A stretch of 64,000 nucleotides of DNA, taken from assembly GCA_048941285.1 (NCBI GenBank), contig JBHLNS010000004.1, positions 32,001 through 96,000 of the forward strand. The letters are read 5' to 3'. Below, piece after piece: positions 20,373 to 30,044 of the stretch; position 1 is the first letter of the stretch; every line of letters starts with the position of its first letter. The stretch comes from Promethearchaeota archaeon (lineage in GTDB: Archaea; Asgardarchaeota; Lokiarchaeia; Sigyniarchaeales; SOKP01). A program made the translations under genes and the position numbers. The notes below the pieces were generated by a model. The model was not told the DNA's origin. It was given only the letters and a program-made list of their open reading frames with translations, and searched no databases.

Positions 20373-22091
20373 ATGGATACAAGTTCAGATTTTATTCAAC
20401 CAGAATTCCTTAACATAATTTTTTTTCAGCAAAAGAACTTGGTGGTTTTCCCATATGTGGATCTAAAACATCTTCATGGATTAGAAATATTTACTACTGG
20501 GTATAATGTGGTTGATCTTGAATCCACGGCATTTCATAATCTTAAAGAAATATTAGAATTCGAATCGGATAATTCTTATTCTCAAAATCCTACTTTATAT
20601 TTCATTTATAATATAGATCGAGAGAGATTAAAAGAAATAATGCAAATGGAAAGTATTCGATGCATTATTAATTCAAATGAAAATGTAAGTAATTTAGCAA
20701 ATGGAAGTAAATTTATTTTCTTCAATAAAAAAAATAATCAGTTTTTAAACTATAATTCTACTGCTTCAGAATTAGAATTTGAAAATTTACTTATTAATAA
20801 TTCGCAGGATGAGCATATCCTACAAGAAAACATTCATAAAATTAAGATGTCAGCAACCAGAATTTTTAAAGAATTGAATCAATCTGGCAAATTGGAAACT
20901 CTTCCTGATATCCTTGGCGAATATGATAAAAACTATTGGAACACGATATTAGATTTCACAAGCCGTTATTATGATATCAATATTCCAGATACTTCTGGAA
21001 TAACATCTAAATCTCAAAAGAATTTGAATGATTTTTCGAAGGAATATGAAGTACTGATTTCAACAAATCAAGCACTTGGGAAGGAATTCATTCAATTATT
21101 GCATGAATTCAGAAGTAAAAGAGTAAACTCAGCCCATTTAGAATTAGAAGAGTTATATAATCCTCTAAAACTTTTTAATTATTTAAGAAACCATCACTGG
21201 AAAGAAGGGATTCCAAAAGACTTTGTTGAGGAATGGAGGGAGATGAATATCTCAAAATATCACCTAACTGAATCAGATCAGATAGATTTTGAGACTATAC
21301 TAGAAAAGTTAGGATTAGAAATCAAAGCTATGACGTTATCTCCAAATGTGGCTTTATTGCCAGAATTTGAAGAGGATTCTTTAAGTTTGGTGATGCCTTT
21401 ACCTAGCAAAGACTGGAATATTTACAAAAATTGGATAATGGCTCAATTAACTGCATTAGATCAGTTAATTTTATCCATTCCAAGAACTTCTAATGTTAAT
21501 TCCTATATGTTGAAAGAATTATCGGAATTAATTAACTTGCTTAAAATCAATAAAAAAGACATTATTTCAAGAGTTCCTCATAATGATGAGATAATTCCGG
21601 GGGCTATTAAACTAGAAATTATGACACAAATGCAAAAAATGAGAATTGGAGATTGGGTGGAATTATTTGGAGTTCAAAATAAAATTGACTTTATTATTGA
21701 TTTTTTCAGACAATTTTCCAATTTTCATGATGAAGTATTTGGTATTGACAGATCAAAAAAAATTGAAATGCCTATTAAAATAAAAAAATTCAGCTTCCCC
21801 TCTAATCTTGAGAGAAAACTTTTATGGTTTAATCATTTTAGAAATAAAATTGTTCATGGAAAAATGAGCCGTGAGCAGACAAAAATGGCACTAAAAAATA
21901 ATGAACCACGAATAAACTCCACATTTCTTCAATTTTTGGCTTATTTAATTAAAAAGCAAGTACATTTCTTGGCTAAAAATTATAACCTTGCAAACTACTC
22001 CAAAATAAAAGATATAATAATGTTAAAATATCTAAAAAATCATATTTTCTCCCAAAAAGAAATTAAGAAAATTTGTGAATATTTAGAATAA
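20373..22091 (+). CDS. Hypothetical protein with possible C-terminal HEPN domain
   Basis: RNKIVH (Rx4H) in helical context near the C-terminus. Confidence 0.5.
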   Translation: MDTSSDFIQPEFLNIIFFQQKNLVVFPYVDLKHLHGLEIFTTGYNVVDLESTAFHNLKEILEFESDNSYSQNPTLYFIYNIDRERLKEIMQMESIRCIINSNENVSNLANGSKFIFFNKKNNQFLNYNSTASELEFENLLINNSQDEHILQENIHKIKMSATRIFKELNQSGKLETLPDILGEYDKNYWNTILDFTSRYYDINIPDTSGITSKSQKNLNDFSKEYEVLISTNQALGKEFIQLLHEFRSKRVNSAHLELEELYNPLKLFNYLRNHHWKEGIPKDFVEEWREMNISKYHLTESDQIDFETILEKLGLEIKAMTLSPNVALLPEFEEDSLSLVMPLPSKDWNIYKNWIMAQLTALDQLILSIPRTSNVNSYMLKELSELINLLKINKKDIISRVPHNDEIIPGAIKLEIMTQMQKMRIGDWVELFGVQNKIDFIIDFFRQFSNFHDEVFGIDRSKKIEMPIKIKKFSFPSNLERKLLWFNHFRNKIVHGKMSREQTKMALKNNEPRINSTFLQFLAYLIKKQVHFLAKNYNLANYSKIKDIIMLKYLKNHIFSQKEIKKICEYLE

Positions 22092-22272
22092 AATCCTTTG
22101 TATATTATTATAGTTCGATTGATAATGAAATGTAATCATAGTAAATCTTAGCATTTAACCTGTGTGAATAGAATTCAAGAGACCTTAAACAATCTTTAAT
22201 TATATTTGGTAATAATTTAAAAGAGTAATATCTTTATTTTCTCTTAAAGAAGCGTATATTTTTTTTAATGAT

Positions 22273-23118
22273 ATGAATATATGGGTTTTAGATTCTGAAT
22301 CAGGAACTAAATTATTATACAAATCATTTTTGAAAACCGATGCTGATGAAGACATTGTTTCTGGTTTTTTAACAGCTTTTCACCATTTTTCTATGATAGA
22401 ATTTAAAGAATCATTAGATTCTATAGAAATGGGTGGTTTAAGATGGGTCTACATATTAGAAGAAAACTATAATTTACTTTTTGTAGCTGCTGATACAAAG
22501 CATACAAAGACTGAGTTCATTTTAGCTAGACTTAACGTAATTAAAAATGCCTTTATAAAACAATTTGATTCTGTTTGGAAAAAAAAAGGGTGTAATTGGG
22601 ATGGAGATATTAACATTTTTTTGCCATTTCTCAATGAAATTGAAGATTATCATGATCAATGGGAAGAAGTGGAGGATCTGGCAAAAACTGCTGACTTTTT
22701 TGATATTTTAGGTATCTTTCAAAGAATTCTAATAATGTTAAGAAATGTAATAGAAAAAAAAATGTATAGTAAATCAAAAACTTCAATTCTCAACAAAATA
22801 GAGAATATGTATAATGCTTTTATTGCTCAAAAAAATTTTAAGGATACCCCAGAACTTAAAAATATTACATTTAGTAGGGAATCTTGGTTCAACTTAATAG
22901 ATATAAACCTGATAAAAAGTGATAAAAATTTAGTAAATGAAAATTTAAAATCAATTGTTTCTGGAATTGTTAATATCTTAAAGGAAGTGAAAGGGGTAAA
23001 TGCATGTTTTAAATATTTTAGTGAAGAAAAAATATACCGTTATATTTTCAATAATATGAAACTGTTAAAAGATTTAAAATTAGACTTATTCTTGTTAGAA
23101 ATCTTTTTATTATTATAG
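22273..23118 (+). CDS. Longin-like domain protein
   Basis: N-terminal IWVLD..SG..LLY...D.DIVSGFLTA pattern typical of Asgard longin/roadblock-like domains. Confidence 0.6.
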   Translation: MNIWVLDSESGTKLLYKSFLKTDADEDIVSGFLTAFHHFSMIEFKESLDSIEMGGLRWVYILEENYNLLFVAADTKHTKTEFILARLNVIKNAFIKQFDSVWKKKGCNWDGDINIFLPFLNEIEDYHDQWEEVEDLAKTADFFDILGIFQRILIMLRNVIEKKMYSKSKTSILNKIENMYNAFIAQKNFKDTPELKNITFSRESWFNLIDINLIKSDKNLVNENLKSIVSGIVNILKEVKGVNACFKYFSEEKIYRYIFNNMKLLKDLKLDLFLLEIFLLL

Positions 23119-23173
23119 ATTATTAATTTCAAAAATTCTTTTTATAAAATCTAAATGAAATTAAATAGAGGGA

Positions 23174-23292
23174 GGCTCCTGCCAAAAAGCCTCAATAAAA
23201 GGCTCAAAATTTTCAAAAGGCAGAGTAGGTTATTCCTATGTGTAAGTAATTACACAACCAAAAGACAAAAATCCAGGGGATTGACAGGAGCC
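23174..23292 (-). ncRNA. Candidate ~119-nt structured non-coding RNA
   Basis: 12-bp terminal stem GGCUCCUGUCAA/UUGGCAGGAGCC and internal hairpins; GC-richer than its flanks; two mismatches become G-U pairs on the minus strand. Confidence 0.5.
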
Positions 23293-23511
23293 ATTATTTT
23301 AATAATTTATAGGCGAACTTTTGCAATTTAAGGGTTTTCTAAAAAACCTTGCTATTAACTTATAAATTGGTTAATTAATATAAAAATTTTAGCCCTGAAT
23401 AAATACAATAGAATTGTCTTCACCAACTTTCACCTTCTGTTAAATAGGATTTTAATTAAATAGAAAGAATCCTAGACAATTCTATCATAATTTTTTTACG
23501 ATTTCAGAAGA

Positions 23512-24651
23512 ATGTTAGAAGAAATTCCTAAAGAAACCAATCTTCCTTCATCAGATGATATTGTCTATATAAGAATAGATACACTGAAGGATTTTATAAA
23601 AGAGGTTTTCATAAATTTAGACGTTCCAGAAGGTCATGCAGAAATTATCTCTGATGTTCTTATTTCTTCCGATTTAAAAGGCATAGATTCGCATGGAATT
23701 CAAAGATTAAAAATGTATTACGACAGAATTAAAAATGGGATGTATAACCCAAAAACTAAGATAAAAATCATTCGAGACGATAAAACTACTGCAGTTTTAG
23801 ACGGTGGTTGTGGAATGGGGCATGTTATTGCGTATTTAGCAATGAGGTTGGCAATTGAAAAGGCGAAAAAGTATGGTCTTGGAGCAGTAGCGGTAAGAAA
23901 TTCTACTCATTTTGGTATTGCAGGTTATTATTCATCAATGGCAATAAAAGAGGGCATGATTGGCTTTGTCACTACAAATACGCGACCTTCTGTTCCTCCA
24001 ACTTTTGGTATTGAACCCATGTTAGGTACTAATCCTTTAACTTATGGTGCTCCCACTGATGAGGATTTTCCTTTTCTAATTGATTGTGCGACATCTATTA
24101 TCCAACGAGGGAAAGTTGAGGTTTATAATCGATTACATAAGCCACTCCCCGAAGGATTGATTATATCTTCTAATGGCAATTCTAAAACTGATCCTAATAT
24201 TGTATTGAATAAATTAGTTAATCGCTCTGCAGCCTTATTACCCCTAGGAGGGAAAGGAGAAGATACATCGGGCCATAAAGGTTATGGTTATGCTACATTT
24301 GCTGAGATTTTATCTTCGGCTTTACAAGATGGGGTATATCTTAAAGATACCGCTGGTGTAGTTGAAGATGGTCAACAAAAACTCAAAGTAGGACATTTCT
24401 TTTTAGTTATTAATGTTGAAAATTTCATTCCATTAAAAAGATTTAAAGAAATATCAGGTAATATAATGCGAGAATTAAGAAGTTCTAAGAAAGCACCAGG
24501 AAAGAATAAAATTTACACCGCAGGAGAAAAAGAATACTATAATGAAATGGAAAGAAGAAAAATCGGTATACCTCTGAATAGAAGTATACAAAAAGATATT
24601 AAAATAATGCAAAAAGAACTTAATCTAGATAAATTTAATTTCCCATTTTAG
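23512..24651 (+). CDS. Ldh_2 family (malate/L-lactate/sulfolactate) oxidoreductase
   Basis: DLKGIDSHG, RNSTHFG, GTNPL, GHKGYG, GHFFLVI. Confidence 0.9.
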   Translation: MLEEIPKETNLPSSDDIVYIRIDTLKDFIKEVFINLDVPEGHAEIISDVLISSDLKGIDSHGIQRLKMYYDRIKNGMYNPKTKIKIIRDDKTTAVLDGGCGMGHVIAYLAMRLAIEKAKKYGLGAVAVRNSTHFGIAGYYSSMAIKEGMIGFVTTNTRPSVPPTFGIEPMLGTNPLTYGAPTDEDFPFLIDCATSIIQRGKVEVYNRLHKPLPEGLIISSNGNSKTDPNIVLNKLVNRSAALLPLGGKGEDTSGHKGYGYATFAEILSSALQDGVYLKDTAGVVEDGQQKLKVGHFFLVINVENFIPLKRFKEISGNIMRELRSSKKAPGKNKIYTAGEKEYYNEMERRKIGIPLNRSIQKDIKIMQKELNLDKFNFPF

Positions 24652-24664
24652 ATTGAATTTAATA

Positions 24665-26104
24665 TTAAAAAATAGTCCCTTCCTTTTGTTCTTCTATTGG
24701 TTCAGAATGAAGAAAAATTGAGTCTAAGTTATCAATACCTAATTCATCTCTAATTTTATTCTCTATTTCAGAAATGTAATTATGTATTTTTGATATGTTT
24801 AATGTACCATCAAAAAATATATGAGCTTCTAATACACAGTAATCTAATGTTGCCCAAAATTCTATTTTATGATATCCTTTAACTTTGGGGTGTTTTCTTA
24901 AAACTTTTTCAACCGAATCACTAATTTGCTGTATCATTTCTGGTCCAACATCTGCACATTTTACTTGCCCTGGGGATGAAATTCTACTGTATGGCTGACC
25001 TTCTATATGAGTAATAACTCTGGATATGTAGGAGGCTTGTTTTTTTATCTCATCCTCAAAATGAGAGCAAATCTGATGAGCTTTTAAAAGGGAAAGCGTT
25101 TCATCAACAATCACGATTAAAGAAATAAAATATTCATTTTGAATACTAAAGATGTTTAGGTCCTTAAAATTCACGATCTCTGGGTAATCAGATCTCATTG
25201 AAAAAATTAAATTAATTAATCCTTCACCGATTGATGCTTCACTTGCCATCGGATTCATTTCTACAATACATTCTACTTCATATAACGGAAATAACCTCTC
25301 ACTTAAGCTTCTAATAGATGTTATTATCTCATTCGCGTGAACAATTGAAATATGGTCTTCCACTGACAAAATAACCTCTAAAAATAAAGTTTTGCCACTT
25401 GTCCGAAGTTTTATATTATTTACCCCGATAACATGTTCTAAAACAAATATTTTCTGTCTTAATTCTTCAATTATAATTGAACTTATCGGATTCGTATCTG
25501 TAAGTTCTTTAATACCCTTTTTAGCTAAACTAAGTGCTCCAACTATAATCCAAAGAGAAAGAACAATACTAAGTATTGGATCGAGAAAAATAATGTTAAA
25601 GTAAGCAAAAATGAAACTTAGAAAGACGATGACAGCTCTCATAGAATCTTGAAATAAATTAAGACCTTGTATTTCCATAGTTAGGCTTCTATGGCTCTTT
25701 CCTTTTGATATTAACACTCTTGAAAAGCTTAAATTTACTATAAAAGAAATTATTAACAATAACAAACCAATTTCAGGGTTAACAACTTGGAAATTGGCTG
25801 AAATGATTGTTTGGATCGCATTATAAATTAAAACAACATAGATGTTAATAAGGATTATCCCTTGAATCAATGCGGAAAGGGAATCAATTTTTGTATGCCC
25901 AAACATATGCTCATAATCAGCTGGTTTTTGACTATAATATAAGGAATATAATGTTATGGAGACAAAAAGTATGTCTGTGAAAGTATCAGCTGTTTCAGAC
26001 AAAAAACTTAAACTTCCTGTAATTAAAACTCCCAGAAGTTTCAATGCAGATTGGAATAATATCACTATAAGTGTTAAAACAGCGAATTTTAATTTAATAT
26101 TCAT
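24665..26104 (-). CDS. Cation diffusion facilitator transporter with three C-terminal domains
   Basis: KPADYEHMFGHTKID, DPILSI; three repeats of the ..AH.I...E...(H)EP cytosolic domain. Confidence 0.85.
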   Translation of the reverse strand: MNIKLKFAVLTLIVILFQSALKLLGVLITGSLSFLSETADTFTDILFVSITLYSLYYSQKPADYEHMFGHTKIDSLSALIQGIILINIYVVLIYNAIQTIISANFQVVNPEIGLLLLIISFIVNLSFSRVLISKGKSHRSLTMEIQGLNLFQDSMRAVIVFLSFIFAYFNIIFLDPILSIVLSLWIIVGALSLAKKGIKELTDTNPISSIIIEELRQKIFVLEHVIGVNNIKLRTSGKTLFLEVILSVEDHISIVHANEIITSIRSLSERLFPLYEVECIVEMNPMASEASIGEGLINLIFSMRSDYPEIVNFKDLNIFSIQNEYFISLIVIVDETLSLLKAHQICSHFEDEIKKQASYISRVITHIEGQPYSRISSPGQVKCADVGPEMIQQISDSVEKVLRKHPKVKGYHKIEFWATLDYCVLEAHIFFDGTLNISKIHNYISEIENKIRDELGIDNLDSIFLHSEPIEEQKEGTIF

Positions 26105-26122
26105 GTCAAGTATATTTTATTA

Positions 26123-26629
26123 TTATTCGGGTTTATATTTTTTCAGTTTTGGGACGAACAAATTTACATTTTTTTTATAATGAAGATATTTTTGACCAAA
26201 TTTTTGGAGTAAATATTTTTCTTCTTTTCTAATGAAAATCCTTACTAAAATATAATATATAACGAGTAGAAAAAAGAGAATCCAACTGTTAAATAGGCAA
26301 AAAATACCAGGAAGCGTCAATAGACCCCAAGAAGCGTACATTGGATGTCTCACATATGCATAAGTTTTTGTTGTGTTTAATTCTGATGAACTATGTGCAG
26401 CACTTAAAATTCTTTCAGAATAAATGAATACAAAAATGCCAAATGCTATTAAAATCAATCCAATAATAACTAATAAATAATATTCAACTGGAAATTGGAA
26501 AAGTGGATAATAAATGGAATTGATAATCCCAAATATAACGAAAAAGGGACAAATAGATAGTAAAACTTTTGGGCCAATTCCTAATAATGGAAATTGATCT
26601 TTTGAGTTTTCATTAGATGGACTATTCAT
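26123..26629 (-). CDS. ICMT/PEMT-family membrane methyltransferase
   Basis: YAYVRHPMY, EEKYLLQKFGQKY. Confidence 0.8.
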   Translation of the reverse strand: MNSPSNENSKDQFPLLGIGPKVLLSICPFFVIFGIINSIYYPLFQFPVEYYLLVIIGLILIAFGIFVFIYSERILSAAHSSSELNTTKTYAYVRHPMYASWGLLTLPGIFCLFNSWILFFLLVIYYILVRIFIRKEEKYLLQKFGQKYLHYKKNVNLFVPKLKKYKPE

Positions 26630-26800
26630 TTCTAAATAATAGTAAAATTCTCATTATAATAATTTACTTAGAAAACTCTTATTTATATAACTTACTATGA
26701 TTTAAACGGGTAAATTTTAAGGTTTTCAAAGATTTGCTGACTTTTGTTTCATCAGAAGAAAATTTTTTATTAAAATCCTCTTTATATTTTTTTTAAAATA

Positions 26801-28162
26801 TCATTTTTCTTCAAGCCACCATTGACCTGTAAGTCTACCCTTATATCCCTCCTTATATTGCGGATTTTTCGCCAAAGAAAATTTCTCAAATGTCCCTAAA
26901 TGATCTTTTATTTGAGTTAATAATTCTTTTTTTGTTAATCCAACATTGAACTCTCTTACTACTATTTCAGCCCAGTCTTTCTCACGATATCTTCCATGGT
27001 AGAAACCATAATCTTTAGGAGCATAACATCCTGTACAAGGAGCATTCGCATTTATACATTGTGCCCCACATCCTGCATTAGTTCTTGGACCCAAACAAAC
27101 GTATCCTTGTTCTATAAAACAGTCTTCTGTATTAGGTAGACCTTCATAATCTCTTTTAACTCTTGTCATTTTCATTCTTCCCCTTATTCTTCCACAGGTA
27201 TCACAAACCGTGGATATTGGAATAAAATCTGATGAGAGTTTCAGGTTCTTTGGAAATCTTTTTTCTCGCAAAAATTCATTAATTTTTATTGTAATTTCCT
27301 CAGTCTCTGAAGGCATTTGAGGTAATGCTGGCCCCACTAAGAGAAAATTAGCGAGCATAGGGAGATTGTTAAACAAAGGATAAAACTCACGCAAAGCTTT
27401 TTGATTTACTTCATCTAGGCTATCTAAATTATTTGTAATCTCTTTTAATTTCTCGACTTTAGAAGATAGGGCTTTTGAAGGACCTCTACAACCCACACAT
27501 GGTTTATCTTGACTAGTGCATTTTAAAACACAGCCAGAACTAGTTATAGGCCCAAAACAGAGAGTTCCTAAATCCAAAAGACATCTTGTACTATATAATA
27601 CACATTCATCACAGTAGGTATTATCAGTCATCGGAAATGGAGTTTTCCCTAATAAAGAAAGTATATTACTTACAATCGCTTCCGTTTTAGGAGGACAACC
27701 CACAAAATATGAATCAATCTTGATTAAATCATCAATACCTTTGACAGACACTTCAAAACCGGGAAGATTAACAGTTGGCTCTTTAGGATTTTCAGTTGTT
27801 ATAGATTCAACTTCCTTAAATTTTCTTTTTATTAAATCTTCTAATGGATAATTATTTGCCATAGCAATTACACCACCTTGACAAGCACACGTTCCAAAAG
27901 TAGAAAGGAATTTGCATTTCTCTCTCATTAATCTCAAATTCTCTAGATCTTGGGCTGTTCTTACGGCACCCTCAATTATTCCGAGATCAATTTCACCATC
28001 TCCCTTTGCCTTTAAAGAATCGAGTTTAAAATCCACGACTGCTGGCCAATATACGAACTCTAACTCAGGGAGAACAGGTAATAACTGAAGGTGAGCATTT
28101 AAAAGGCTTTGATGGCATCCCCAACAACTACTTAATTGCATAAAAGCTACTTTTACTGGCAT
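26801..28162 (-). CDS. mvhG: F420-non-reducing [NiFe]-hydrogenase small subunit (MvhG-like), extended
   Basis: SSCWGC, EGAVR, GTCACQGG, GCPP, followed by two copies of the C-terminal Fe-S module. Confidence 0.8.
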   Translation of the reverse strand: MPVKVAFMQLSSCWGCHQSLLNAHLQLLPVLPELEFVYWPAVVDFKLDSLKAKGDGEIDLGIIEGAVRTAQDLENLRLMREKCKFLSTFGTCACQGGVIAMANNYPLEDLIKRKFKEVESITTENPKEPTVNLPGFEVSVKGIDDLIKIDSYFVGCPPKTEAIVSNILSLLGKTPFPMTDNTYCDECVLYSTRCLLDLGTLCFGPITSSGCVLKCTSQDKPCVGCRGPSKALSSKVEKLKEITNNLDSLDEVNQKALREFYPLFNNLPMLANFLLVGPALPQMPSETEEITIKINEFLREKRFPKNLKLSSDFIPISTVCDTCGRIRGRMKMTRVKRDYEGLPNTEDCFIEQGYVCLGPRTNAGCGAQCINANAPCTGCYAPKDYGFYHGRYREKDWAEIVVREFNVGLTKKELLTQIKDHLGTFEKFSLAKNPQYKEGYKGRLTGQWWLEEK

Positions 28163-28371
28163 TTTACTTCAACTATTTAATCAATATATGTTATTTTTTC
28201 GATAATGTTCTATATAAAAATTGCTATAATAAGATATTTATTATAAACTTTCATAGCTATTGTATTAATTTGACACAAATGTGAATCTAATGAAGTTATA
28301 ATAGATAAGTGAAAGATTAAAAAAGGGGATCGATGAAATATATATTACAATTATTTTCTTGTTGATTATTC

Positions 28372-29922
28372 TTGGTAAAAACCTACTTAAAAACAGAAAA
28401 TATTATATTATCAGAAATAAAAAGTCAAAAATTTCCAGAAAGAATTGTAGATACAAAAGTTAAAATAAAAAGTATAAAGTTTGACCTTTTAATTTGGAAT
28501 ATAATAAATAAATTTCATTTAACTAAATTTTTTCATCTATTTAATAAACAATGTTATAAATGCAAGCGGAATTTTTCTGAAATCTTTTTAGATTACTATG
28601 TAAATAAAAAGATAAAATGTGGTAAATGCAGATATAAAACGATTTTTTCAACTTCATTGATTTCATTTGTTTTAAATGCAGTAAGTCGAAGTTTGAATAT
28701 ACCAAAAAAGAGATTTCCAGAAATTTTGAGGGAAAATAAGCCATTAAAACGATTAGCTTTATCATACATCGAAGGAATTGGAATGTATGGCTTCAAGATG
28801 CCAACTGTCCCTATAGGTCCCCCAGTTGTATTTTGGTCGGTTACCCATCGTTGTAATCTAAATTGTACTCATTGTTATGTCGATCAAGATTCGATGGAAA
28901 TACCATTTGATGAAGCCTGCAAAATAATTGATCAACTCTCAGAAGCAAAAAATTTCATTCTAATATTTTTTGGTGGGGAAGCCCTTCTTCGAAAGGATAT
29001 ATTTGAACTTATGCGATATGCATCTAAAAAGGATATTAATGTTGCTCTCGCGTCTAATGGGACGCTGATTGATAAAGCAATGGCTAAAAAATTAAAAAAT
29101 ACAGGGGTTGGTTATGTTCAAGTAAGCATTGATGGTTTGAGGGATATACATGAGCAAATACGCGGGTTAAATACTTTTGATAAAGCAATATCTGCGATTA
29201 AAAATTGTTTAAATGAAGGATTTTACACTTGTATAGGCACAACAATAACGAAACAGAATGTTCATCAAATATATGAATTGGTTGATTTAGCTAAATCATT
29301 AAAAGTTCAAAAGTTTGAGATAGTCGATTTTGTTCCCTCGGGAAAAGCTTCTTCAAAAGCTCATATAACACTTTCCCCACTCCAGATAGAAAAATTTAGT
29401 GTAATCGTATGTGATATATGGCAAGAACTTATTGAAGAGGGATATCCATTGACTCTTTCATATAAAAACCCAGTTTTTGCTAGAATTCTAGCCCAAAGAT
29501 TTCCAGAAGTCATTATAGCTCCTTTTTTCAAGAGTATTTTTTCAAAAGAGGCGCTTTCATATTTTAATTTTTCTGAACGGCTTGGTAGTGGTGTGTTTAG
29601 CAAACAGAGTCCCTTTTCTCCATTTATAACTGGATGCGAGTGTGGCGTATTTACTATGCATATTAAATCAAACGGTGATGTAACTCCATGTCCTCTTAAC
29701 CCCACATATCTAGGTAATGTTAAAAAGCACCATCTACAAAAAATATGGCTTGGTTCTCCGGTTCTAAATCAGTATCGTAGTTTAAAATTTTCGGGTCAAT
29801 GTGGGAAATGTAACTTTAAAACTATATGTGGGGGATGTAGAGCAAAAGCTTTTATAACATCCGGTAGTAATATCACATCAGACCCTACATGTATACTTGA
29901 AATTAAATCCAAAATGAAATAA
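28372..29922 (+). CDS. Radical SAM/SPASM protein (NirJ/AhbC-D-like)
   Basis: CNLNCTHC, GGE, SIDG, C-terminal CGKC...CGGCRA; N-terminal Cys-rich extension. Confidence 0.85.
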   Translation: MVKTYLKTENIILSEIKSQKFPERIVDTKVKIKSIKFDLLIWNIINKFHLTKFFHLFNKQCYKCKRNFSEIFLDYYVNKKIKCGKCRYKTIFSTSLISFVLNAVSRSLNIPKKRFPEILRENKPLKRLALSYIEGIGMYGFKMPTVPIGPPVVFWSVTHRCNLNCTHCYVDQDSMEIPFDEACKIIDQLSEAKNFILIFFGGEALLRKDIFELMRYASKKDINVALASNGTLIDKAMAKKLKNTGVGYVQVSIDGLRDIHEQIRGLNTFDKAISAIKNCLNEGFYTCIGTTITKQNVHQIYELVDLAKSLKVQKFEIVDFVPSGKASSKAHITLSPLQIEKFSVIVCDIWQELIEEGYPLTLSYKNPVFARILAQRFPEVIIAPFFKSIFSKEALSYFNFSERLGSGVFSKQSPFSPFITGCECGVFTMHIKSNGDVTPCPLNPTYLGNVKKHHLQKIWLGSPVLNQYRSLKFSGQCGKCNFKTICGGCRAKAFITSGSNITSDPTCILEIKSKMK

Positions 29923-30044
29923 CAAGAAAAAATGACCTTATATTTGGTATAAGTCGTAAGATTACAGGCATTTGACTGCAATAACGATTAATTTCTAAAA
30001 ATTAAACAAATTGTTCTTTAGTAAAGGTGGTATTTGAATAAAAA

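Noticed and set aside
26720-26757. CUGAUGA...GAAA on the minus strand after mvhG (hammerhead- or SECIS-like)
   Set aside because: No properly placed stem II or flanking stems, and no UGAN/NGAN quartet.
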